Part shown: one piece after another, positions 10,165 through 18,549 of the stretch
Position numbering within the stretch: position 1 is the first letter of the stretch
How the letters are laid out: each line of letters begins with the position of its first letter
Assembly: GCA_963796685.1 (NCBI GenBank)
Contig: CAWCMR010000008.1
Location: forward strand, 128,001-192,000
Length of the DNA: 64,000 nt
Direction of reading: 5' to 3'
From: an uncultured delta proteobacterium
GTDB lineage: Bacteria > Myxococcota_A > Polyangia > Fen-1088
Position numbers and translations under genes: made by a program
The notes under the pieces: generated by a model
The model's database searches: none
Told to the model about the DNA's origin: nothing
What the model saw: only the letters and a program-made list of their open reading frames with translations

Positions 10165-12326
10165 AACGCGCGCCGCTCGTCCTCGGGCTCGCGCTCTGCA
10201 CTCTGGCAGCCAACGCTTGCAGCGGCTCGTCCCCGGGCAAGAAGGCCGCCGATGCCGGAACCGGGGCGGACGGCCGAGGAGGCTCGGATGCGAGCCCCGA
10301 CGCCGGGCCGAACGACGCGAGCCTCGCCGCCGATGGTGGCATGGCCCTCGATGCACCCGCTCGGGCCGATGCCTCGAGTCGCCCTGAGGTACCCTGGAGC
10401 ATTCCCGACCTCGTCGGCGCTTGCCACCTCGACATCGCACCGCTTTCGCCCGCGAGCTTGGTCAACCTGACCGCCAGCCCGACGGCGTTCCTGCGTGTAC
10501 AGGCCTCGATCACCTGGGGTCAGACCACGCCGTACCCACCCGTCTGGACCTGGTCGGTGACCCGCTCCGACGGACAGACCATCACACCGACCACCGCCGG
10601 CGTGGATCCGAGCGTGGTGCAGTTCCCCATCTCCATCGCCGCCCGCTACGATATCGCGGTCAGCATCGGAGACCACTGCTCGGGAGACGCGCGCGCCCTG
10701 GTCCAGGACGCGCAAACCCAGTACGGGCTCTATCGCTTGCGCGTGCTGCCGCCAAGCGATTCCGCCGCGGGAGCCGTCCCCTACGAGGTCGACCTGAAGA
10801 TCACGTCCGGCACGCCCCAACCCACGAGGGACGTGGATTTCGCCACCGGTCTGGCCCTGGCAATCGATCCGAGCACGGGTCCGGAGACGCCCTTGACCCT
10901 CGCCGTCCCGTCCACCATTCGCATCCAGTCGAGCGGGTCGACCTGGGTCACCTACGGCCGCAGCACCAACCAGGCTCCGTTCCGAACCGTGCTCGATCCC
11001 TTGCTCGAATACCAGGTCCTGGTCATGCCCGACCCACCGAGCACAACCAGCCCGCCGCTGCCCCCTTACCTGCTCAATCGCGGCACCAGCAACAGCGCCA
11101 AGGTCGACGCTCGATTCATCAAGACCAACGCCAATCCCTTGCCGCTTCCAACTGGCATCGCCATCGCCGGACACCTGCTGTCGCCCGACGGCCCCGCGAC
11201 CGGAGCCACCCTCAGCCTGCACTCCTACCAATCGTCCACGACGGTCGGCCAGACCGACCTGCTCTTTTCGACGGTGGGTCGGGCCGACGCCGACGGGGCG
11301 TACAGCCTGGGCGTGAACCCGGGGAGCATGATGTCTGTCGTCATTACGCCCCCGGACGGCTCGCCTCTGCCCGCGGCCACCATCGACCAGGGCATCAATC
11401 TCGCAGCCTCCGCGACGGCGGTGCCCAACGTGGATTTTCAGTGGTTGCCGCTGCCGGCGACCGATCTGCAGTTGACGGTGACCTTGCCGGGCAGCATGGT
11501 CCCCGGGGACCCCATCGCGGTCCACATCGAATCCACCACGGGCGGCCTCCCGGCGGTGGGCATTCTGTCCGTGGCGGGCAGCCCGGGCAGCGATGGTGGA
11601 GACGCATGGTCTACGGTGGCGACGGGAAGCGTCCGCCGAGACGGCGCCACGGATGTCGAGGGCAAGCTGACCTTCGCAGCCTTGCCCAAGGGTCCCTACA
11701 AGCTCACCCTCGCGCCGGCATCGTCGCTGTCGGGCAGCGCGATCACGACCTTGATGATCGACACCTCGAAGGCTGGCGACAGCGTTCAAATGAGCGTTCC
11801 TCTTTCGCCCAAGATCACGGTTTTCGGACGCCTCCTTGACGCCACGGACGACGACACCACGGACACCGAGGGGACCACCGTGGTCGCCACCGATCTGAGC
11901 CACGACCTGATTTCGAGCATCGCCACCGCCAGCCTGGGGTCCGATGGAACCTACCTGCTCGTCCTCGATCCGGGCCGCACCTACCGCCTGGCGGCTCAGC
12001 CGGTAGCGGGCCGCGGACTGCCCTCGTACGTGTCACTCTACGGTTTCTCGACGGGCACCACGAACCTCCAGCTCGACGACCAGCGCATTCCCAAGGGGTT
12101 GCTGGTTCATGGCCACGTGACCTACGCGGGCTCGTCGGTAGCGGGGGCCATCGTACAGGCCTTCTGCGAGGGCCTGCCGCCGGATTGCGTGGACCGCAAC
12201 AACCTCGCCGCGGGGGCCCCACCCGCCCACGCCACGGCGCTCAGCAACGCCAACGGTGACTATGAAATCTACCTACCCGACCCGGCGACCCTGGCAACCC
12301 CGGCGACCCCGGCTGGCAACGAATAG
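10161..12326 (+). CDS. Putative lipoprotein with carboxypeptidase-regulatory-like beta repeats
   Basis: ATGA overlap with upstream gene; lipobox ANAC; repeats of the type ADADGAYSL, TDVEGKLTF, LGSDGTYLL, SNANGDYEI. Confidence 0.75.
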   Translation: MKRAPLVLGLALCTLAANACSGSSPGKKAADAGTGADGRGGSDASPDAGPNDASLAADGGMALDAPARADASSRPEVPWSIPDLVGACHLDIAPLSPASLVNLTASPTAFLRVQASITWGQTTPYPPVWTWSVTRSDGQTITPTTAGVDPSVVQFPISIAARYDIAVSIGDHCSGDARALVQDAQTQYGLYRLRVLPPSDSAAGAVPYEVDLKITSGTPQPTRDVDFATGLALAIDPSTGPETPLTLAVPSTIRIQSSGSTWVTYGRSTNQAPFRTVLDPLLEYQVLVMPDPPSTTSPPLPPYLLNRGTSNSAKVDARFIKTNANPLPLPTGIAIAGHLLSPDGPATGATLSLHSYQSSTTVGQTDLLFSTVGRADADGAYSLGVNPGSMMSVVITPPDGSPLPAATIDQGINLAASATAVPNVDFQWLPLPATDLQLTVTLPGSMVPGDPIAVHIESTTGGLPAVGILSVAGSPGSDGGDAWSTVATGSVRRDGATDVEGKLTFAALPKGPYKLTLAPASSLSGSAITTLMIDTSKAGDSVQMSVPLSPKITVFGRLLDATDDDTTDTEGTTVVATDLSHDLISSIATASLGSDGTYLLVLDPGRTYRLAAQPVAGRGLPSYVSLYGFSTGTTNLQLDDQRIPKGLLVHGHVTYAGSSVAGAIVQAFCEGLPPDCVDRNNLAAGAPPAHATALSNANGDYEIYLPDPATLATPATPAGNE

Positions 12327-12383
12327 TCGAATCCAGCGATTGACTGGCGAGCCAAGGTCTGCACCAATTGGCGTACTGAACGG

Positions 12384-13214
12384 ATGAGAGGCGTATCGCT
12401 CACGATCGCGGTTGTTGCTGCCCTGGCGGGGTCGGCCTTGCCTTCCCCTCTCGCGGCCCAGGAAGGCGAGCCGAACGCGCCGGCTGCCACCCCTCCCGGC
12501 GACAGCGCCGCCCCACCCGCGACGAAGCCGGAGAAATCCCCACCGGCGAGCAAGCTGCCACAGGACGCCGCCGCCGCCCTGGTGCGGGCGTCCGCCGCCT
12601 ACGAGTACGGCGACATGAATCAGGTGGTGGACGCCGCCCGCCCGGTGGCCGAAGGTCTTCTGCCCGCCACGACCGAGGAGCAAATCCAGGCCTTCCGGCT
12701 GCTCGGCATCGGGCTTTACCTGACCAACCGACCGCTCGGGGCAGAGACCGCGTTCACCGAGCTTCTACGCAAAGATCCGCACGCCCGCCTCGACCCTACC
12801 TCGACCCGGCCCGAGCTGGTCGCGTTCTTCGAAAGCCTGCGCCACCAGCAGATGGCGCGCCAGCGCTCCACGCGCAAGATGTTCTGGAACTTCATCCCGC
12901 CGGTCGGGCAGTTCCAGAACGACGACCACGTGAAGGGCTGGGTGATCTTGGGCGTGGGCGTGGCAGCGGGCGCCACCGCAGCGACGACCTTCGGCATCTA
13001 CGAGTCCTGGAAACTATCCCATGACATGTCCAAGCATCCCGAGACCGCCCAGACCCTCAAGACGGTCAACATCGTCAGCGGCGCCATTCTCGCGGCCGTC
13101 TACATCTACGGCGTCGTCGACGGCCTGATTGGCTACGGAAAACCCATCGAAGACAGCGCACCGCTGTCGCTGCATTTGTTTCCCGGCGGCGGAGGTCTTG
13201 GTTTTACCTTCTAG
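12384..13214 (+). CDS. Secreted TPR-like protein with C-terminal membrane segment
   Basis: Signal peptide, TPR-like helices, hydrophobic hairpin, C-terminal GGGGLGFTF. Confidence 0.75.
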   Translation: MRGVSLTIAVVAALAGSALPSPLAAQEGEPNAPAATPPGDSAAPPATKPEKSPPASKLPQDAAAALVRASAAYEYGDMNQVVDAARPVAEGLLPATTEEQIQAFRLLGIGLYLTNRPLGAETAFTELLRKDPHARLDPTSTRPELVAFFESLRHQQMARQRSTRKMFWNFIPPVGQFQNDDHVKGWVILGVGVAAGATAATTFGIYESWKLSHDMSKHPETAQTLKTVNIVSGAILAAVYIYGVVDGLIGYGKPIEDSAPLSLHLFPGGGGLGFTF

Positions 13215-13242
13215 CGCCAGGGTGTATACACTTGCCGCCTCC

Positions 13243-13314
13243 AGGCGGGTAGCTCAGTGGTAGAGCAGGCGCCTTACACGCGCCGGGTCGCAGGTTCAAT
13301 CCCTGTCCCGCCTA
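13243..13314 (+). tRNA. tRNA-Val (anticodon TAC), CCA not encoded
   Basis: Acceptor stem AGGCGGG/CCCGCCT, D-arm AGCTCAGTGGTAGAGC, anticodon arm GGCGC-CTTACAC-GCGCC, T-loop GGTTCAATCC. Confidence 0.97.
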
Positions 13315-13399
13315 CAGATTCCGTCAAGCCGTCCGGATGCGCGGCTTGGGTCTCTCGCGGAAGATTGAGATCCCGCTGGCCGGGCCTATCATGTCCCGC

Positions 13400-13944
13400 A
13401 TGAGTGACCAGCTAATCCCTGCCGACTACGCCGGCTGGTTGGCGGACCTGAAGTCACGCATCCAGCGCAGCCGGACGCAAGCCGCCCTGGCCGTCAACCA
13501 AGAGTTGGTGCGCCTGTACCACCACATCGGCAGCGAAATCCTCGCCCGGCAAGGCCGCCAGGGTTGGGGCTTTGCCCATCGCTTCAAATTGGTCAGCAAC
13601 CTGCTGACCAATTGCCGTGGTTCCACATCGTGACCCTGCTGACCAAGGTCGCGGACCCAGACCAGCATGAACGGTACGCCATCCGTGCCGTCGAGCGTGC
13701 CTGGTCCCGCCCCACCCTGCAAGCCAACATCAAGGCCCAGCTGCACCTGCGCGAGGGCGCGGCCGTGACCAATTTCAAGCAGCGGTTGCCCGAGCCCCAG
13801 GTGCAACTGGCGCAGGAGATTCTGAAGGACCCCTATCACTTCGACTTCCTGGGCCTGGGCGATGAAGCCCACGAACGGGACATCGAAAACGCTCTTGTCC
13901 GCCACATCACACGCTTTCTGCTTGAGCTCGGAGCAGGCTTCGCA
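13400..13944 (+). pseudogene. DUF1016/YhcG PD-(D/E)XK nuclease remnant
   Basis: N-terminal YAGWLADLKSRI...AVNQELVRLY...QGWG joined out of frame to QLPWFH...LKDPYHFDFL...FLLELGAGFA. The middle segment and the nuclease C-terminus are missing. Confidence 0.88.
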
Positions 13945-14050
13945 ACTCTTGCGGCAGTAGCCTTCCATCGCCAGTCCCTGCTGGTGACGAGGCGATCTGG
14001 TCCCAGCTCGGCTTCCCATAAGCAGTACATGGCGCGCGGGAAGACATCGC

Positions 14051-14091
14051 TTGCCACCCTCATGTTCACAAACTATCCTTCTGTGAACATG
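14051..14091 (+). promoter_or_regulatory. vapBC sigma70-type promoter with operator inverted repeat
   Basis: TTGCCA-17 bp-TATCCT; perfect IR CATGTTCACA-N11-TGTGAACATG (14061-14091) ending on the antitoxin ATG. Confidence 0.75.
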
Positions 14092-14283
14092 CCGCTTTCC
14101 CACAAACACCTCAAGCTCGACCAGGCCAAGATCGACAAGGCCCGCCGTCTGCTCGGGCTCGCCACGGAGCAGGAAACGCTAGATCGGGCGCTCGATCTCA
14201 TCATTGCCGAGGAACCCATCCTGCGTGCCCACCGCAAGGTCAAAGGCTCGGGTGGCGTTGTAGACATCTTTGGCGATCGGTGA
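14089..14283 (+). CDS. vapB: VapB-like antitoxin (RHH-type)
   Basis: 64 aa MPLSHKHLKLDQAKIDKARRLLGLATEQETLDRAL; GTGA overlap with the PIN gene. Confidence 0.8.
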   Translation: MPLSHKHLKLDQAKIDKARRLLGLATEQETLDRALDLIIAEEPILRAHRKVKGSGGVVDIFGDR

Positions 14284-14690
14284 AGAAGGTCCTCATCGAC
14301 ACCTGCGTCTACATCGACTGGCTCAACCAGGGCCGTCATGAAGATGTCATGCTCGGCACGGGACTCGTCCGGTACATGTCCGCCGTGGTGGCGATGGAGT
14401 TGCGGGCAGGCGCTCAGCATCGCGCTGCTCGCGATTCCACTTCTGCCCTGATTCGAGCCTATCGATCTTCCGGGCGACTGGTCGTGCCATCCAGCGTGGT
14501 TTTCGAACGTGCAGGTGGCGTCCTACGCCAAATCAAGCTCGCCGGTCGCGATGCTCGTCTGTCGTCGCTTTGCAACGATGTGCTCATCGCGCTCACAGCG
14601 CGATCGATCGGCGCATCGGTGGTAACGGCCAATCTCGACGACTTCGCTGCGATCCGGCGGATCGAGCGCTTTGATCTCATGCCCCCGTAG
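14280..14690 (+). CDS. vapC: PIN-domain VapC toxin
   Basis: VLIDTCVYI, SAVVAMEL, NDVLIALTA, VVTANLDDF acidic PIN motifs. Confidence 0.92.
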   Translation: MKKVLIDTCVYIDWLNQGRHEDVMLGTGLVRYMSAVVAMELRAGAQHRAARDSTSALIRAYRSSGRLVVPSSVVFERAGGVLRQIKLAGRDARLSSLCNDVLIALTARSIGASVVTANLDDFAAIRRIERFDLMPP

Positions 14691-14729
14691 TGGAGTCGTT
14701 CCCGATCTGGATCCAGGACCGAGGTGTCG

Positions 14730-14757
14730 GGACGTCTTGAGCCGGCTCAAGACGTCC
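14730..14757. repeat. Perfect 28-bp palindrome with no loop
   Basis: GGACGTCTTGAGCC|GGCTCAAGACGTCC. Confidence 0.9.
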
Positions 14758-14942
14758 GCGCTGCAAGCGATCTTGCCACCACGTTGCCCGCACACCTCCC
14801 CTGCACGGCTCTCAACCCCTGGGACCTGCACTCGGCGTGACCACGGCAAGTCGGCGCTGTGGCTGTCGAGGACCATCCGCAGAGAGCTTGCTCGACGAAG
14901 GCAGGAGGGGGAGCGGTCGTTGCCAGCAGTATTCAGGTGTTT

Positions 14943-15056
14943 TTCCCGTACGGGAATCCTGGGCTTGGATTCTGCGCCATCCGGCAGTACTATTCCCGTA
15001 CGGTAATAGGAGCCGAAGAACATGGCCCAGGACAACAGGAAAATCCCGTACGGGAA
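14943..15056 (+). promoter_or_regulatory. hipBA promoter with three palindromic operators at 50-bp period
   Basis: TCCCGTACGG(G/T)AA at 14944, 14994 and 15044; TTGGAT-17 bp-TACTAT at 14965-14993. Confidence 0.85.
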
Positions 15057-15288
15057 GATTGCCGATGTTGGCCAAATCGGGATCGCCATCGGGCAGAAGC
15101 GCCGCGAGATCGGCATGCGGCAGTCGGAATTGGCTGCCCTGTCGGGCGTGGGGACGCGGTTCCTTTCCGAGCTGGAAAACGGCAAGATCACCGCGGAGAT
15201 CGGCAAGGCCCTGCGGGTCCTACAGCGCCTCGGCCTTGACCTGTGGCTCGAACCTCGCGGGTCACTCCGCACTCCGGAGCATCGCTGA
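15022..15288 (+). CDS. hipB: HipB/y4mF-family XRE HTH antitoxin
   Basis: QSELAALSGVGTRFLSELENGKITAEIGKALRVLQRLGL; TGATG coupling to hipA. Confidence 0.9.
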   Translation: MAQDNRKIPYGKIADVGQIGIAIGQKRREIGMRQSELAALSGVGTRFLSELENGKITAEIGKALRVLQRLGLDLWLEPRGSLRTPEHR

Positions 15289-15914
15289 TGCAGCGACTGG
15301 GAGTCTTCTTCGAGAGTCGCAAGGTCGGCACGGTGGCCGCGGACGATGGCCGCTTCACCTTCGCCTACGATCCATCCTGGCTCGACGACCAAGCCAGTTT
15401 TGCCATCTCGCGTTCCCTGCCCTTGGTCGCCGGGCCCGAGGCTGGGCCCGCCGCGCATGCGTTCTTCGCCAACCTGCTGCCTGAGGGGCGCATCCGTGCG
15501 CTCGTCGCCCGCCGGCTTGGCATCTCGGAGGACAACGATTTCGCGCTGCTGGCCGCCCTGGGTGGCGAGTGCGCGGGAGCCATGGTGGTGGCCGCTGCGG
15601 CGCCGAAACCCGCCAAGCACACGTGGCGCCCCCTCGACAACGAGGAGTTGGTGCGACTGTCGGCGGGTGGTGCGGCCTTCGCCGAAGCCGTGGCGGGCGG
15701 TGGGGTTCGGCTTTCTCTCGCCGGGGAGTCAGTCGGGGTTGGGCCCGCCTTCGTGCTCGAGGTCGTGCGGAACCTGGCGAAAGCCATCCCTGAACGCGCC
15801 CGCACGATTGACGCCGAGATGCACTCGGGTCGTGGCGACCTCCCGGCAGCCAAGATGATCGTGCCCATCCTGCGCAAGCGCAGTCGGCGGCTACTGCAAC
15901 TCTTGCGGCAGTAG
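15288..15914 (+). pseudogene. hipA: HipA with in-frame loss of the kinase core
   Basis: HipA N-terminal coupling domain (FAYDPSWL, ISRSLPL, FFANLLPEG, GGECAGA) runs to RLSLAG, then directly into C-terminal helices; no catalytic Lys/Asp motifs. Confidence 0.85.
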
Positions 15915-16056
15915 CGAAGCCCAAATGCGAGCACGACATCACAAAACGAGAGGACCCCTGATTGCCGGTCGATCAAACTGCCGTAAACCGCCAGCGCCCG
16001 ATCCTCGGGCTAATCATGCTGTTCAAGATGCTGCGGTTCATGAAAAGGAGAAGATC

Positions 16057-17751
16057 ATGCAAATCAAGGAGCTCTTTCGTGTCCACGGTCCCGGCCATCC
16101 ACACACGCACGTGTCCTGTTCCAAATCCAAGCCCGTGCGCCAGAGACTGCCTTTCCTTTGCGCATGCGCCGTCAGCGCATCGCTGCTTGGGGGTTGCGAC
16201 GACGGGTCATCGGAAACCGACAACGAGGGCATCGGCGCCTCTCAGCGCGCGGCGCACGTTGCCTGCCAGAAGGACAATTCAGGGACGCCGAGCACGGTCA
16301 TGGTGGACACGAGGTCCAATTTGGGCGTCCTCTCGCCCATCGCTGTGGGTGTGAACACTGCTGCCTGGGACGGCCATCTGACGGATGCAGAAATTCCCCG
16401 ATTGCTGGCGGACGCAGGTATTCAGATCCTTCGCTATCCAGGAGGTTCGACCTCCAACAACTATCACTGGTTGTCCAACACTCCGGACGATCCCAACCAG
16501 GGAGGCACGGTTCCCAGCGCAAACTTCGACGCCTATATGGCGATCGTCAAGGCAGTCGGCGCCGAGTCCATGCTGACGGTCAACTATGGCTCAGGGACAG
16601 CCCAGGAGGCTGCCGACTGGGTACGCTATGCCAACCAGGGTGGCCGAGCCTATAGGGGGCCTGTGCCGACCTATCCTGACGCGAGCCGTACCGGCCACCA
16701 TTACGGCATCAAGTACTGGGAGATCGGCAATGAGCTGTACGGCGATGGCACCTATGGGGCAACCTGGGAGGTCAATCACAACGCTCACGACCCGACCACC
16801 TATGCCAATGGCGTCGTGAGCTACAGCTCGGCCATGAAGGCGATTGACCCTTCCATCAAGATCGGTGTCGTCCTTACGGCGCCTGGCAACTGGCCTGATG
16901 GGCAAACCAGTCCATCGTCGCCGCAGCCTTGGAACGATACCATCCTGCCCATCGTTTGCTCTGCCGTCGATTTCGTCGATGTCCACTGGTATCCGCAGGG
17001 ACCGACGGGGGAATCCGACTCCGCCTTGCTGGCCGCTTCCCAAAATGGGGAATCTACAAGCGTCAGCTATACCCCCAGCATTCCCAGCATGGTCGCCAGC
17101 CTGAAGGCCCTACTCACGCAGTACTGCGGCACCCGTGCCAACGCGATCCAAATGATGATCACCGAGACCAATTCGGTCTCCTACAATCCTGGCAAGCAGA
17201 CCACCAGCCCCGTCAATGCGCTGTTCCTTGCCGACCAGGTCATGACCTGGCTAGAGAATGGTGTGGCCAATGTAGATTGGTGGGCTGTTCACAACAGTCC
17301 CTTCGACGGCAATATCGACCCATCCCTGTACGGCGACTACAACTTCGGAGACTATGGAATCCTATCGGCCGGACTGACCACTACCAACGGCGCTGTCGAG
17401 CCGCCTGCCAACACCCTATTCCCCGCATACTACGGGCTACGGATGCTCTCCTATCTGGGACATCACCCACGGGACACCATGCTCCACGCCGCATCCTCGA
17501 CTCCCGTCGTATCGGCACATGCCGTCAGGCAAGCAGACGGCGACATCAACCTGATGTTGATCAACAAAGACCCCAGTGTTGCCTACACCGTGACTGTCTC
17601 GCTACAAGGAGCCCGCGTCCATGGCCGGGCGCATGTGTTTGCCTATGGTATCCACAGCACGACGATCGATACGACCTTCACATCCGTTGAGGGTTCGTCC
17701 TTCCCGATCACGATTGGGCCCTACTCGATAACCACGGTAGCGCTGCCGTAA
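16057..17751 (+). CDS. Clan GH-A glycoside hydrolase lipoprotein (alpha-L-arabinofuranosidase-like, GH51/GH44/GH79 neighbourhood)
   Basis: RBS AAGGAG; lipobox LLGGC; LRYPGGS, YWEIGNELYG (acid/base), ITETN (nucleophile), C-terminal beta sandwich ending PYSITTV. Confidence 0.85.
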   Translation: MQIKELFRVHGPGHPHTHVSCSKSKPVRQRLPFLCACAVSASLLGGCDDGSSETDNEGIGASQRAAHVACQKDNSGTPSTVMVDTRSNLGVLSPIAVGVNTAAWDGHLTDAEIPRLLADAGIQILRYPGGSTSNNYHWLSNTPDDPNQGGTVPSANFDAYMAIVKAVGAESMLTVNYGSGTAQEAADWVRYANQGGRAYRGPVPTYPDASRTGHHYGIKYWEIGNELYGDGTYGATWEVNHNAHDPTTYANGVVSYSSAMKAIDPSIKIGVVLTAPGNWPDGQTSPSSPQPWNDTILPIVCSAVDFVDVHWYPQGPTGESDSALLAASQNGESTSVSYTPSIPSMVASLKALLTQYCGTRANAIQMMITETNSVSYNPGKQTTSPVNALFLADQVMTWLENGVANVDWWAVHNSPFDGNIDPSLYGDYNFGDYGILSAGLTTTNGAVEPPANTLFPAYYGLRMLSYLGHHPRDTMLHAASSTPVVSAHAVRQADGDINLMLINKDPSVAYTVTVSLQGARVHGRAHVFAYGIHSTTIDTTFTSVEGSSFPITIGPYSITTVALP

Positions 17752-17788
17752 CTGAGCATAGCCTAGCCTATACTAAGACGTAACTCAC

Positions 17789-17832
17789 CGGGCAGAGGCA
17801 AAGGAATCCTATCCGGGTTCCGCCTCTGCCCG
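17789..17832. terminator. Stem-loop between convergent genes
   Basis: CGGGCAGAGGC ... GCCTCTGCCCG 11-bp IR; no clear U-tract. Confidence 0.4.
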
Positions 17833-18462
17833 TCTTACCATTTGACATCCTCGTCGAACGGAATCGGCACGTCTTCGCAGATCGCGAGCAAGCAGCTCCC
17901 TTGCGATGCGTGCCATCTTTCGTAAGCGGTTGAAGACGGTCCTGCGAGCAATACCGAGAGCTGCTGCGATCTCGACCTGGGACATCCCCTCGAGGTAATG
18001 CATGATCGCCACCTGGGCTCCGTCCTCTCCGCTGAGGGCCAGGACGGCGAGGACGAATTCGCGATCCGCGAATTCGTTCCATCGGATGCCGGGAGCGTTC
18101 GTCGCCAGTGCGGCCACGGCGCGGGCTTGCATCTTCTGCTTGCTCAAGATGTTGAGGCAAACGTTGGTGGAGACGCGATACAGGTAGTGAAGCGCCCCCG
18201 TCTCGAACGCCAGAACGGTGCCGCGCGCGATGACGCGCACGAAGGTCTCCTGGGTTGCGTCCCGCGCGCTGGCGGTCGAGTGCAGAAATCGACGGCAATG
18301 CTCATAAATGGCCGGGGAGTAGTACGCGTACAAGTGGGCAAGTGCCGTTTCGCGTGCTCGGAACGCGGGCGACCTCTCCTTTTCGTCTTCCACAGCATCG
18401 GCTAGGCCGGTCTGGCTTGGCACATGGAGTGGCGCTGGTCGTAGCAATTCCATGACGACCAT
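17809..18462 (-). CDS. ECF RNA polymerase sigma factor (start uncertain)
   Basis: ARDATQETFVRV, YLYRVSTNVCLN (region 2); EGMSQVEIAAALGIARRTVFNRL (region 4). Confidence 0.85.
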   Translation of the reverse strand: MVVMELLRPAPLHVPSQTGLADAVEDEKERSPAFRARETALAHLYAYYSPAIYEHCRRFLHSTASARDATQETFVRVIARGTVLAFETGALHYLYRVSTNVCLNILSKQKMQARAVAALATNAPGIRWNEFADREFVLAVLALSGEDGAQVAIMHYLEGMSQVEIAAALGIARRTVFNRLRKMARIARELLARDLRRRADSVRRGCQMVRRAEAEPG

Positions 18463-18549
18463 TCTCCGTGCCCGGGGAAAGGCGGTCTTCTCGTTTCGTG
18501 ACCAGCGCCTTGCATTTCGGACCTCGCGCAGGCAAGGCGCGCTCGGTCA

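Noticed and set aside
13564-14283. DUF1016-antitoxin fusion protein
   Set aside because: Chance in-frame read-through; vapB has its own promoter, operator and ATG at 14089.
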